Part shown: piece after piece, positions 19,077-26,960 of the stretch
Layout of the letters: every line of letters begins with the position of its first letter
How positions within the stretch are numbered: position 1 is the stretch's first letter
From: Gemmatimonas phototrophica
GTDB lineage: Bacteria; Gemmatimonadota; Gemmatimonadetes; Gemmatimonadales; Gemmatimonadaceae
DNA: 64,000 nt
NCBI GenBank assembly: GCA_040394885.1
Contig: JBEBRK010000011.1
Span: forward strand, 9,549 to 73,548
Direction of reading: 5' to 3'
The notes under the pieces: generated by a model
The model's database searches: none
The model's input: the letters and a program-made list of their open reading frames with translations, nothing else
Told to the model about the DNA's origin: nothing
Position numbers and translations under genes: made by a program

Positions 19077-19298
19077 ATGGACGACAAGAAAAACAAAATG
19101 GGAGACAACATGAATTCTGACAAAGACAGAAATCGTGATAAATCTCACCATCAGTCAGGGAATCAGGGTAAGGGTGTACCCGGAACCGATAAGATGAAAG
19201 GTTCCCAACCAGACCATGCTAGAGGATCCACCAACACAGGGCGAACGGAAACACCACAGCGGTCGGACAATTCAAGTCGCCGCGGCCAGGACAGATAA
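19077..19298 (+). CDS. Small highly hydrophilic, probably disordered protein
   Basis: GAGGT lies about 10 nt upstream of the ATG, and the ORF has its own terminator downstream. The 73-aa product is rich in D, K, N, R, G and S. Confidence 0.45.
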   Translation: MDDKKNKMGDNMNSDKDRNRDKSHHQSGNQGKGVPGTDKMKGSQPDHARGSTNTGRTETPQRSDNSSRRGQDR

Positions 19299-19355
19299 AT
19301 CTTCGGAGTTTTTTCTAGTCTAGGCTTTGATTTCGCCTCTCTAGACTAGGCAGTT

Positions 19356-19398
19356 GGGGTTTAAGCACCTTTGTGTGCTTGAACCCCTTCTGCTTTTC
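19356..19398 (+). terminator. Rho-independent terminator
   Basis: GGGGTTTAAGCAC-ctttgt-GTGCTTGAACCCC stem (12 of 13 positions paired) followed by TTCTGCTTTTC. Confidence 0.6.
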
Positions 19399-19423
19399 GG
19401 GATGCGTTTAGGTACATTTCAGT

Positions 19424-20113
19424 ATGCTAGAAAGTCCAATTCATACACAAGACAGGCCAATCGCGGTCTTATTCGACCTCGACGGCACTTTAATAGACTC
19501 CATCGGCTTGTTGTTAGGCAGCCTTCATTATGCTTTTGAAGGTTTTGACGGCACTATACCTACCGATGAGGAATGGGTAGCCGGAATTGGAACTCCCCTT
19601 GGAACACAGCTAGCGCCCTTTGCCAGATCTCCGGAAGAACTGGATCATCTCATGTCCCGTTATCGTAGATTCCAACGCGCGAATCACGATTCTTTAACGA
19701 CCCTCTATCCTGGTGCACTGGATACTATAAAGGCGCTGCATGACGCCGGTCACCCGATGGCGATAGTGACGAGCAAAGGCAATGTAATGATGGATATTAC
19801 ACTGGCGTTTACAGGGTTAGCTCCATATATGCAGTCTACAATTGGATGTGACTCATGCGATCTGCATAAGCCCGATCCATTCCCAGTCAACATGGCTCTT
19901 TCAGAGCTCGGTTATTCCGCTTCTGAAGCAATTTTTGTTGGTGATTCTCCACACGATATCAAAGCCGGAAATGGAGCTGGAGTAACAACTGTCGCAGCAC
20001 TCTGGGGACCATTTACTAAACTGTCATTAGCTCCAACTCATCCAACTCATTATCTGGAAGATATAAGCGAGCTAATACCGCTCGTTGAAGCTATCAGCAC
20101 TACAAAAAGATAG
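19424..20113 (+). CDS. HAD-superfamily hydrolase (phosphoglycolate phosphatase/PpaX-like)
   Basis: Contains motif I, AVLFDLDGTLIDS. The later motifs VTSK and VGDSPHDIKAG are also present. Confidence 0.85.
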   Translation: MLESPIHTQDRPIAVLFDLDGTLIDSIGLLLGSLHYAFEGFDGTIPTDEEWVAGIGTPLGTQLAPFARSPEELDHLMSRYRRFQRANHDSLTTLYPGALDTIKALHDAGHPMAIVTSKGNVMMDITLAFTGLAPYMQSTIGCDSCDLHKPDPFPVNMALSELGYSASEAIFVGDSPHDIKAGNGAGVTTVAALWGPFTKLSLAPTHPTHYLEDISELIPLVEAISTTKR

Positions 20114-20121
20114 TACTGTCG

Positions 20122-20175
20122 GGCGTATGCTAAACGCTAGCAGCAAACACTAGCAGCTGAATTTCAGCATACGCC
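20122..20175. terminator. Inverted repeat between convergent genes (possible bidirectional terminator)
   Basis: GGCGTATGCT ... AGCATACGCC arms of 10 bp with a 34-nt loop. No clear U-tract is present. Confidence 0.4.
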
Positions 20176-20202
20176 TAACACTGATTCCAGGCTGTTCTGA
20201 GC

Positions 20203-20505
20203 CTATCTTTCAGCTGCAAAGTCAATCTCATTAGCCATATCGAGATCCTTTTGTGTAATACCACCTGCATCATGCGTGGTTAATGCGCAGGTGATCTTTG
20301 TGTACCGAATATCGATATCGGGGTGATGTGCTGCATTTTCAGCCGCGTGGCTAATACGCACTACAAAGTTGATACCAGCTGGAAATGTCGGGAATTCATA
20401 TGTCTTTATTAACATATCTCCCTTTCGGTGCCATCCAGGCTGGAGCTGACCTAGCCCACGCTGGATAGCGATATCAGATAGAACTTCGCTTTTAGATGCG
20501 CTCAT
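20203..20505 (-). CDS. phhB: 4a-hydroxytetrahydrobiopterin (pterin-4-alpha-carbinolamine) dehydratase
   Basis: Contains HHPDIDIRYTKITCALTTHDAGGIT and is 100 aa long. Confidence 0.85.
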   Translation of the reverse strand: MSASKSEVLSDIAIQRGLGQLQPGWHRKGDMLIKTYEFPTFPAGINFVVRISHAAENAAHHPDIDIRYTKITCALTTHDAGGITQKDLDMANEIDFAAER

Positions 20506-20555
20506 CTAACAAAATTACCAAAATTGTTGTGGTAGATGTGGAATGTTGAAATTAT

Positions 20556-20801
20556 TTACAGGAGTTTGCCGATTGCTATACCTGCAGCCAGGCTTAGTAT
20601 AACTACCACAACCCCTACAACAACTCCAACATTCATACGTTTGGTGTACCATGGCTCCCGCTTTGAATAGAGATCGTCCGGAATCGAGTCCATAATACGT
20701 TTGTGTACATATAGCGGAGTACGCCGCGTCCTCAACTCCTCGGCCTCTGCGTCTATCCGAGCCCACATCTCCTTGGAGTCTTTTGGTTCATCATAATGCA
20801 T
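20556..20801 (-). CDS. Putative anti-sigma factor (single-pass membrane protein)
   Basis: It overlaps the 3' end of the ECF sigma gene by 11 nt. It has one C-terminal TM helix, VGVVVGVVVVILSLAAGIAIG. Confidence 0.5.
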   Translation of the reverse strand: MHYDEPKDSKEMWARIDAEAEELRTRRTPLYVHKRIMDSIPDDLYSKREPWYTKRMNVGVVVGVVVVILSLAAGIAIGKLL

Positions 20802-21351
20802 ATTTGCCCTCTAACAGTTCCTGCAACGCCTCTCTGGCTCGGTGTACTCTCATTTTCAGAGCACCTATACTGGTCCCCAGAAGCTCTGACATCTCTTCGT
20901 AGGAACAACCTTCAACATGCTTAAGAATAAAAGATTCTCGCAGCCCTACTGGCAACGCATACAGAGCGCGTTCTAAATCTCCACGTAATTCATCTCTATC
21001 CAGATCTTCATCCGGGCCAGAGTAGTTCGAGGGCTGATCATCCTCTTCGTAACTAACGTGGCTACGTCTGATATTTTTTAGCCAGTCTTTGCACTTATTG
21101 GAGACGATACGGAACATCCAGGCATCAAACCTTCCGCGAACTTCCGAGAGGTGATGATAGGCCTTTATGAATGACGATTGGAGAATATCATCCGCAACAT
21201 CCGGGCTACCAGTCATCGCCAGAGCATGGCGATACAATGGATCACTGTACTTCAAAACCAGAGACTCAAAGGCCTCCCGAGAACCACCCAGCACCTGCTT
21301 TATGAGAGCCTGGTCGTCCTCGATGCGATCTTGGGGATCAATCGCTTTCAA
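20791..21351 (-). CDS. RNA polymerase ECF-type sigma-70 factor
   Basis: Region 2 reads PLYRHALAMTGSPDVADDILQSSFIKAY. Region 4 HTH reads GCSYEEMSELLGTSIGALKMRVHRA. Confidence 0.85.
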   Translation of the reverse strand: MKAIDPQDRIEDDQALIKQVLGGSREAFESLVLKYSDPLYRHALAMTGSPDVADDILQSSFIKAYHHLSEVRGRFDAWMFRIVSNKCKDWLKNIRRSHVSYEEDDQPSNYSGPDEDLDRDELRGDLERALYALPVGLRESFILKHVEGCSYEEMSELLGTSIGALKMRVHRAREALQELLEGKYAL

Positions 21352-21670
21352 AATATCCTAAGCTTTTAGAGTAACATCCATTCAACTCTGAAAATTACCA
21401 ATCAGAGGAACCTTGCAGTTGGGTCAAATATCTGGCAAGACCGGCTCAAGCGCTACCCTTTTTCATCTAAATTGAATACAGAATAAACACGCGACAATAT
21501 TTGGATGGTTTGACTAATACAAGAGCGAACACTCAGTTTAACTCAAACTTTATCACATTTACACTATCAACACGATACATTTAGTACATATTACGCTCTA
21601 TACCTTGCTAAAGTGTAGAAATACCATATACTTAGCCGCGATTTCAACACTCTTTTTTTAGTGCATTTCC

Positions 21671-22348
21671 ATGGCCGATAAGACCGATACTCCCGACTCG
21701 CAGTCAGATACTTCTGCGGCCCCTATTAATCCACCCCCTGCAAAACGCGGTGCGGGCCATAGAGGGGCAGAGGTAAAAGACACAGTTGCCGAGATGGCTG
21801 CTAAAGCTCACGAAATAAGCCTTGAAGCTGGAAGCAGAATGGCGGCAGCTATGAAAGATGTAATCAACGCCGCAGCTGGAATTACCGGCTTTGTAGTTGA
21901 AAGTGCAAGAGACCTCACGCAGTACATGGTACGCCGCGGCCAGATGACGCAGGAAGAGGCCGACAAGCTCATACAACAGGCTGAAGAGGCGCAGGTAGGC
22001 CGTCCAGCTCCAAAGGCTGCAGAAGCGGCATCTAAACCAAAAGCAGCTGAGCCAAAACCTTCCGCTGCAGCAAAAGAACCGGAAGCCGCCACAGTAGTCA
22101 AAGAGGTAAAACCCGCTCCTGAAGCCGAAGATTCTGAAGAAGTTGAAGAGCAGGAAGCTGAAGAAGCGGAATCAGTAGCCAAGCCGGCTGCAAAAACAGC
22201 AGCAAAATCTGCTTCAAAAACTACCGCTAAAGCAGCAAAGCCAGCTTCGGACAGCAAACCAGCAGCAAAAAAGACAACCGCGGCAAAAAAAGCTCCTGCA
22301 AGCGAAAAGAAAGTAGCAACAAAAAAGACAGCAGCAAAAAAGAAGTAG
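21671..22348 (+). CDS. Phasin-like N-terminal domain protein with histone-H1/AlgP-like Lys-Ala-Pro tail
   Basis: YMVRRGQMTQEEADKLIQQAEE resembles the phasin-regulator (COG3937-like) motif. The C-terminal 120 aa consist of AAK/KPA/KKT repeats. Confidence 0.55.
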   Translation: MADKTDTPDSQSDTSAAPINPPPAKRGAGHRGAEVKDTVAEMAAKAHEISLEAGSRMAAAMKDVINAAAGITGFVVESARDLTQYMVRRGQMTQEEADKLIQQAEEAQVGRPAPKAAEAASKPKAAEPKPSAAAKEPEAATVVKEVKPAPEAEDSEEVEEQEAEEAESVAKPAAKTAAKSASKTTAKAAKPASDSKPAAKKTTAAKKAPASEKKVATKKTAAKKK

Positions 22349-22360
22349 CTCGTCGGAACA

Positions 22361-22972
22361 TTGACTTATCCACTTCTCGCGATCTACGCTGACGAGTCGT
22401 GCCTTGGCAATGGTAAGTCTGGAGACAATCCAGGTGGTGCCGCCGGGGTAATCGAATGGAAACACCCCAAAACCGAAGTTATTAAACGCTGGGATTACTG
22501 GACTAGTGAGCCATCAACGACTAACAATCGCATGGCTCTCCGGTCTGTTATCGAAGCATTTAACGGAATATCTAAAAAGAACACGCCCTTTCATGTCGTG
22601 TTTATTTCCGATTCAAAGTATATAGTTGATGGAATGACGGCCTGGGTCCATGGATGGGCTGCGAGAGGCTGGACACGTAAAGGCGGCGCTATCGAAAACC
22701 TGGAGCTCTGGAAAGATGCTCTAAGATCACTTCGTCACCATGTAGTGGAATGGAAGTGGGTTAAAGGACACGCAGGACATCCACAAAATGAATACGCAAA
22801 CCACTTGGCCATCTCTGCAGCAACCAACCTGTCCAGCTCTGGCGGGTTGATTGATTCTAAGTTTGAAGAGTGGTGCGAATCACAGAAGAATCGTGCTGTG
22901 CTGGCACAGACATTAGCATCATTCCCAACAGCAGAAGAGTTTAAGGGCAAGCATCGAAACTGGAAACTGTAA
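22361..22972 (+). CDS. rnhA: Ribonuclease HI homolog with substituted active-site residues and C-terminal extension
   Basis: IYADESCLGN, TTNNRMALRSV, ISDSKYIVDG and WKWVKGHAGHPQNEYANHLA align motif-for-motif with E. coli RNase HI. It starts at a TTG and has about 50 extra C-terminal residues. Confidence 0.8.
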   Translation: MTYPLLAIYADESCLGNGKSGDNPGGAAGVIEWKHPKTEVIKRWDYWTSEPSTTNNRMALRSVIEAFNGISKKNTPFHVVFISDSKYIVDGMTAWVHGWAARGWTRKGGAIENLELWKDALRSLRHHVVEWKWVKGHAGHPQNEYANHLAISAATNLSSSGGLIDSKFEEWCESQKNRAVLAQTLASFPTAEEFKGKHRNWKL

Positions 22973-22997
22973 CTCGTAAACTGGAGACAACAACAAC

Positions 22998-23246
22998 GTG
23001 TCAGATTCAGTCGATAATCAGTCAGGCCTTGCCGGGGCCCGAGCAACCCGCTGTAAATTCTGCAGCCAGAAACTTCCTACCGACAGAGATTCCAACTACT
23101 GTCCGCACTGCGGCGACAATCTCAAAATTTCACGATGCGCTGCATGCGGAGTTGAGATGGATACCAGCTGGAATTTCTGTATTATCTGCGGTCGTCGCGC
23201 ATCGAAATCACCTCCCGCCCCTCTAAAGTTCGGGCCAGGAGAGTAA
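22998..23246 (+). CDS. Double zinc-ribbon domain protein
   Basis: Four CxxC pairs: CKFC, CPHC, CAAC and CIIC. It starts at a GTG, and its 3' tail overlaps the convergent permease gene. Confidence 0.55.
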   Translation: MSDSVDNQSGLAGARATRCKFCSQKLPTDRDSNYCPHCGDNLKISRCAACGVEMDTSWNFCIICGRRASKSPPAPLKFGPGE

Positions 23247-24834
23247 AGCCTAAAACTACAACTATAAGCAACGCACTATACGCTGCTGCGGTTCCAAAGG
23301 CATAAGCTCGAAGCTGTGCCAGTATTTCTATAGATATTGGCCTGTTTCCATGAGTGTACAGTACGATGCTCGCGACAAATTCTCCAACGGCAGTTACAGC
23401 TGCTAATAAAGCACCTGCTATAATTCCAGGTTTGGCGGCAGGGATCAAAACACGTCGCATAGTGAGCCACCAGCTTGCACCAAGACCACGTGCAGCATCT
23501 TCTATAGTCGGGTCCATCTGACGCAACGAACTTTCGATAGAGCTCGATACGACCGGAACGTTACGGATAAAGTATGCTAGAGGTAACATCCAGAATGATC
23601 CTATCAGCAATACTTTGCCTGCCAGAAGGTTGTTCTCGTTAAATGTTGCCAGAAGGCCCAGAGCGATTGCAGTAGCAGGTATAGCCCACGGAAGTGCAGT
23701 CAGTATCTGCAACAGCCCACGCCCGACAAAACGCTTTGTAACAATCAGATAAGCTGTCATGGCGCAAAACAGAACGTTTGCAAATGTCGCAATTAGCGCC
23801 ATGGAGATACTATTGAAGATAGGAGTCCACAGCTTATTCTCAGTGAACAGACCAACGTAGTTTTGCAGAGTGTATTCGGGGGGAAGTATTTGCGTGGTCC
23901 ATACACCGTCCTTTGCAAACGACATAAGAAGAACCATCAGATGCGGAAGAATCAGAACCAATACACAGATCATTGCTACGATTCCCAGCATAACTCTAGT
24001 CCCCTTCGACTGAATCGATTGGACGGTAGAGCTACCTTTTCCGGATATAACGTAGTCTTTGCGTCTTTCTATCCATCTGAACAGAAGCAGCCCTGCAACA
24101 GCACTAAGAGCTAGTACTGTAGTTTCAACGTAAGCCACACCCATGGCTTCGTTCAACTTGGAGTTCAGAATCTGAGTAGTTAATACTCTTGCGCCTCCAC
24201 CGAAGATGTATGGGGCAGAAAATGAACCCAGCGCGTTCATAAATACGAGTAGGGCGGCGCCAGTAATTGCGGGAGTCAATAATGGTAGCGTTACGCGCGT
24301 GAACCGTTTGAATGGGCCCATCCCCAATCCAACCGCCGCCTCATCCAGCGTTGTGTCATAGCGCTGTAGTCCAGAAGAAACGAACAGATACACGTACACA
24401 TACATCGTATAGGCGTGAACGAATATTATCGCAGGGATACCAGCCAGCTTCCAGGGTGCCTTTTCAAGCGCGAATATCGACTGCACTATTCGAGTAACTA
24501 CACCGCTTTCCCCATAGAGAAATAGGAAGGAAATAACACCAACCAAAGGTGGCAACGCAGCTGGAAGTACAGCAACAGCCCTTAATATTGAGCGCCCTGG
24601 AAATTCATATCGCGTTAACAGAAACGCGAGCGGCACACCAATCAGAAGCGCCGCAACAACCGAACCTACTGAAACGATGATACTGTTCCTTAACGCTTCA
24701 ACATCGGATGGCGATTGCCAGAACTCTCCCCATGCGCCGAAACTCCCCTGTATAAGAGTGATGTTCGGATAGACAACAACCCACAACAAAACCAGGATGA
24801 ATGGAATCGCATATAACTCTACGCGTTTACGCAT
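23182..24834 (-). CDS. ABC transporter permease, duplicated domain (FbpB/Fe3+-type)
   Basis: A 550-aa protein with two BPD-type transmembrane halves. It shares 1 nt with the stop codon of the upstream ATPase gene. Confidence 0.85.
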   Translation of the reverse strand: MRKRVELYAIPFILVLLWVVVYPNITLIQGSFGAWGEFWQSPSDVEALRNSIIVSVGSVVAALLIGVPLAFLLTRYEFPGRSILRAVAVLPAALPPLVGVISFLFLYGESGVVTRIVQSIFALEKAPWKLAGIPAIIFVHAYTMYVYVYLFVSSGLQRYDTTLDEAAVGLGMGPFKRFTRVTLPLLTPAITGAALLVFMNALGSFSAPYIFGGGARVLTTQILNSKLNEAMGVAYVETTVLALSAVAGLLLFRWIERRKDYVISGKGSSTVQSIQSKGTRVMLGIVAMICVLVLILPHLMVLLMSFAKDGVWTTQILPPEYTLQNYVGLFTENKLWTPIFNSISMALIATFANVLFCAMTAYLIVTKRFVGRGLLQILTALPWAIPATAIALGLLATFNENNLLAGKVLLIGSFWMLPLAYFIRNVPVVSSSIESSLRQMDPTIEDAARGLGASWWLTMRRVLIPAAKPGIIAGALLAAVTAVGEFVASIVLYTHGNRPISIEILAQLRAYAFGTAAAYSALLIVVVLGFTLLARTLEGREVISMRDDRR

Positions 24835-25916
24835 TACTTACTGACAATCGTTGGAGTATCTGAAACCGTCTTAAGAACAACCGCCTGCCCAACTTCGTAT
24901 CGAACGGGGGAGTTTACTTCCAGTAAAACCCTGGAACCATCCCCAGGTACGCCAGCCTCCTTACAAAGAGCTTCTACTATATATACATAGTTTCCGGATG
25001 CAAAACGCCGACTAAGAACTTCACCCTGCCATGCTCTGGTACCGCCAATCTCTGTTTGCTCCAGCGTTGCAGTTGCCAACGCAGCTGATTCAGACACAAA
25101 CTGGTTAGATACATGTAACAGATCGCCGCTATCCAGAGCGGATATGGAAAGATCTTCCGGACGTAAAACAAGCATCCTGCCACCAGCTATTGGGACAAGC
25201 GAAGCTTTACCAATAAACTTTGCAACTTCAGCAGATTGAGGATTTTTATAAAGCTGTTCGGGAGTGTCAATCTGAAGAACAGATCCTTTTCCTATCAGAA
25301 CAACTTTATCAGCAATAGCAAAAGCATCCTCCTGATCATGGGTCACGAAGAGTGCTGGAGCCCCAACCCGATGAATAATGTTCTTTAATTCTTCCCTGGT
25401 GCTTTCGCGAAGCGTTGGATCCAGATTCGAAAGCGGTTCATCTAAGAGCAAAACCTTTGGTTCAAAAACAACCGCACGCGCTAAGGCCACGCGCTGCTGT
25501 TCACCTCCAGACAGCTGCTGCACACGCCGGTCGGACTTTGCCTGCAGGCCAACTATTTCGAGTGCATTCATCGCCCTGGCATAACGCTCCTTCTTAGCGA
25601 CACCTCGCGCTTCCAGTCCAAATGCAACATTGTCCAGCACAGTCATATGCGGGAATAACGCATAGTGCTGAAACACCATTCCGAACCCACGTTTTTCGGG
25701 CGGCAATTGAGTTATGTCCTTGCCATCAAGCAGGATTCTGCCTTCGTCTGGAATTTCGTAGCCTGCCACCATTCGCAACGTTGTCGTCTTTCCCGAGCCA
25801 GACGCACCGACCAGTGCAACAATCTCCTTTGGAAGGACATCGAATGAGACGTCGCGTACCGCAACCTGCGTAGCAAATCTCCTCGTTATTCCACGAACCT
25901 GCAAACCCTTACTCAT
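24834..25916 (-). CDS. ABC transporter ATP-binding protein (FbpC/PotA-like)
   Basis: Walker A GASGSGKTT, signature LSGGEQQRVALA and Walker B LLLDEPLS. The ATG at 25916 forms an ATGA overlap with the stop of the binding-protein gene. Confidence 0.88.
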   Translation of the reverse strand: MSKGLQVRGITRRFATQVAVRDVSFDVLPKEIVALVGASGSGKTTTLRMVAGYEIPDEGRILLDGKDITQLPPEKRGFGMVFQHYALFPHMTVLDNVAFGLEARGVAKKERYARAMNALEIVGLQAKSDRRVQQLSGGEQQRVALARAVVFEPKVLLLDEPLSNLDPTLRESTREELKNIIHRVGAPALFVTHDQEDAFAIADKVVLIGKGSVLQIDTPEQLYKNPQSAEVAKFIGKASLVPIAGGRMLVLRPEDLSISALDSGDLLHVSNQFVSESAALATATLEQTEIGGTRAWQGEVLSRRFASGNYVYIVEALCKEAGVPGDGSRVLLEVNSPVRYEVGQAVVLKTVSDTPTIVSK

Positions 25917-26956
25917 TGCGCTGCCTCCAGTCGACCACGGTTCCTGATATGAGAATCCCAATAACGCATCCATCTATTGAGATTGGCGGCCATTACTTCT
26001 CTATCTACTTCCATTGGTTTGATCTGATCCTTTGCGACCTTAATCCAGGCAGGAAGCGAATCTTCTGATATGTCAGATCGGGCTGGTATGCGGCGAAAAC
26101 GTTCTGCACAGTATATAGCGGCTTCAATACTGGTTACAAACTCATAGTACAGCTTAGCTTCTTCGAGTCGTTTAGTACCGGCAACAATCGCAATTGCATC
26201 TACAAGCAAAGGCGTTCCGCTGCGGGGAATTATATAATCGATAGGAAGCCCAACCCTGTCACGCATTGTGGCAACATCGGGCATATCCCAGAGTGTAACT
26301 ATCCCTTCGCGCCGCCCCAGCTTCTGATATAATATCGTGGGATTCAGCGCGTATTCACGCGTGTTTGCATCGAGCTTCTTGAGCCAGGCAAAACCAGCAC
26401 TTTCAGATCCGGTTTCAGAAATACTTTTAGCTATGATGGATCCAAAAATTGCTCTCATTGTTCCGGAGGCTATGGGATCACGGATGATTATCTTGCCGCG
26501 CCACTTTGGATCGAGTACGTCATCCCAATCCTGTGGAGCGCTGTCGCGGGATAACACCTCAGTGTTATATGCTATTACTTCAGGAGTCAGGAATGTACCA
26601 TACCAGAGATCGTCAACGTCATGAGCTTCCTCCGGAACAGCAGACGACCACGTTGGACGATACGGATACAGTAAACTGTCACGGGCCGCTCTGGCGAAAG
26701 ACTCTGCCGGAGCTCCAAACCAGACATCTGCCTGAGGATTCACCCCTTCACCCCTGATTCGATCCAGCACTTCCTGTGAGCCCATATCGACCCACTGAAC
26801 ATCTATATGCGGGTACTTTTTTTCAAATTCCTGCTCGAAATACGAAAGGAGATCGGTTCCATGCGGCGAATAGACAGTTAGCACAACCCGATTATCGCTA
26901 ACGCACGAGGTGAGCAGCAGTATTATAAAAAAGTTCAGATACGTACGATAATTCAC
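25913..26956 (-). CDS. ABC transporter periplasmic substrate-binding protein (Fe3+/AfuA-like family 1)
   Basis: Lipoprotein-like N-terminus LLLTSC. Its length and position as the first gene of a binding protein-ATPase-permease operon fit the call. Confidence 0.8.
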   Translation of the reverse strand: MNYRTYLNFFIILLLTSCVSDNRVVLTVYSPHGTDLLSYFEQEFEKKYPHIDVQWVDMGSQEVLDRIRGEGVNPQADVWFGAPAESFARAARDSLLYPYRPTWSSAVPEEAHDVDDLWYGTFLTPEVIAYNTEVLSRDSAPQDWDDVLDPKWRGKIIIRDPIASGTMRAIFGSIIAKSISETGSESAGFAWLKKLDANTREYALNPTILYQKLGRREGIVTLWDMPDVATMRDRVGLPIDYIIPRSGTPLLVDAIAIVAGTKRLEEAKLYYEFVTSIEAAIYCAERFRRIPARSDISEDSLPAWIKVAKDQIKPMEVDREVMAANLNRWMRYWDSHIRNRGRLEAAQ

Positions 26957-26960
26957 AGAT

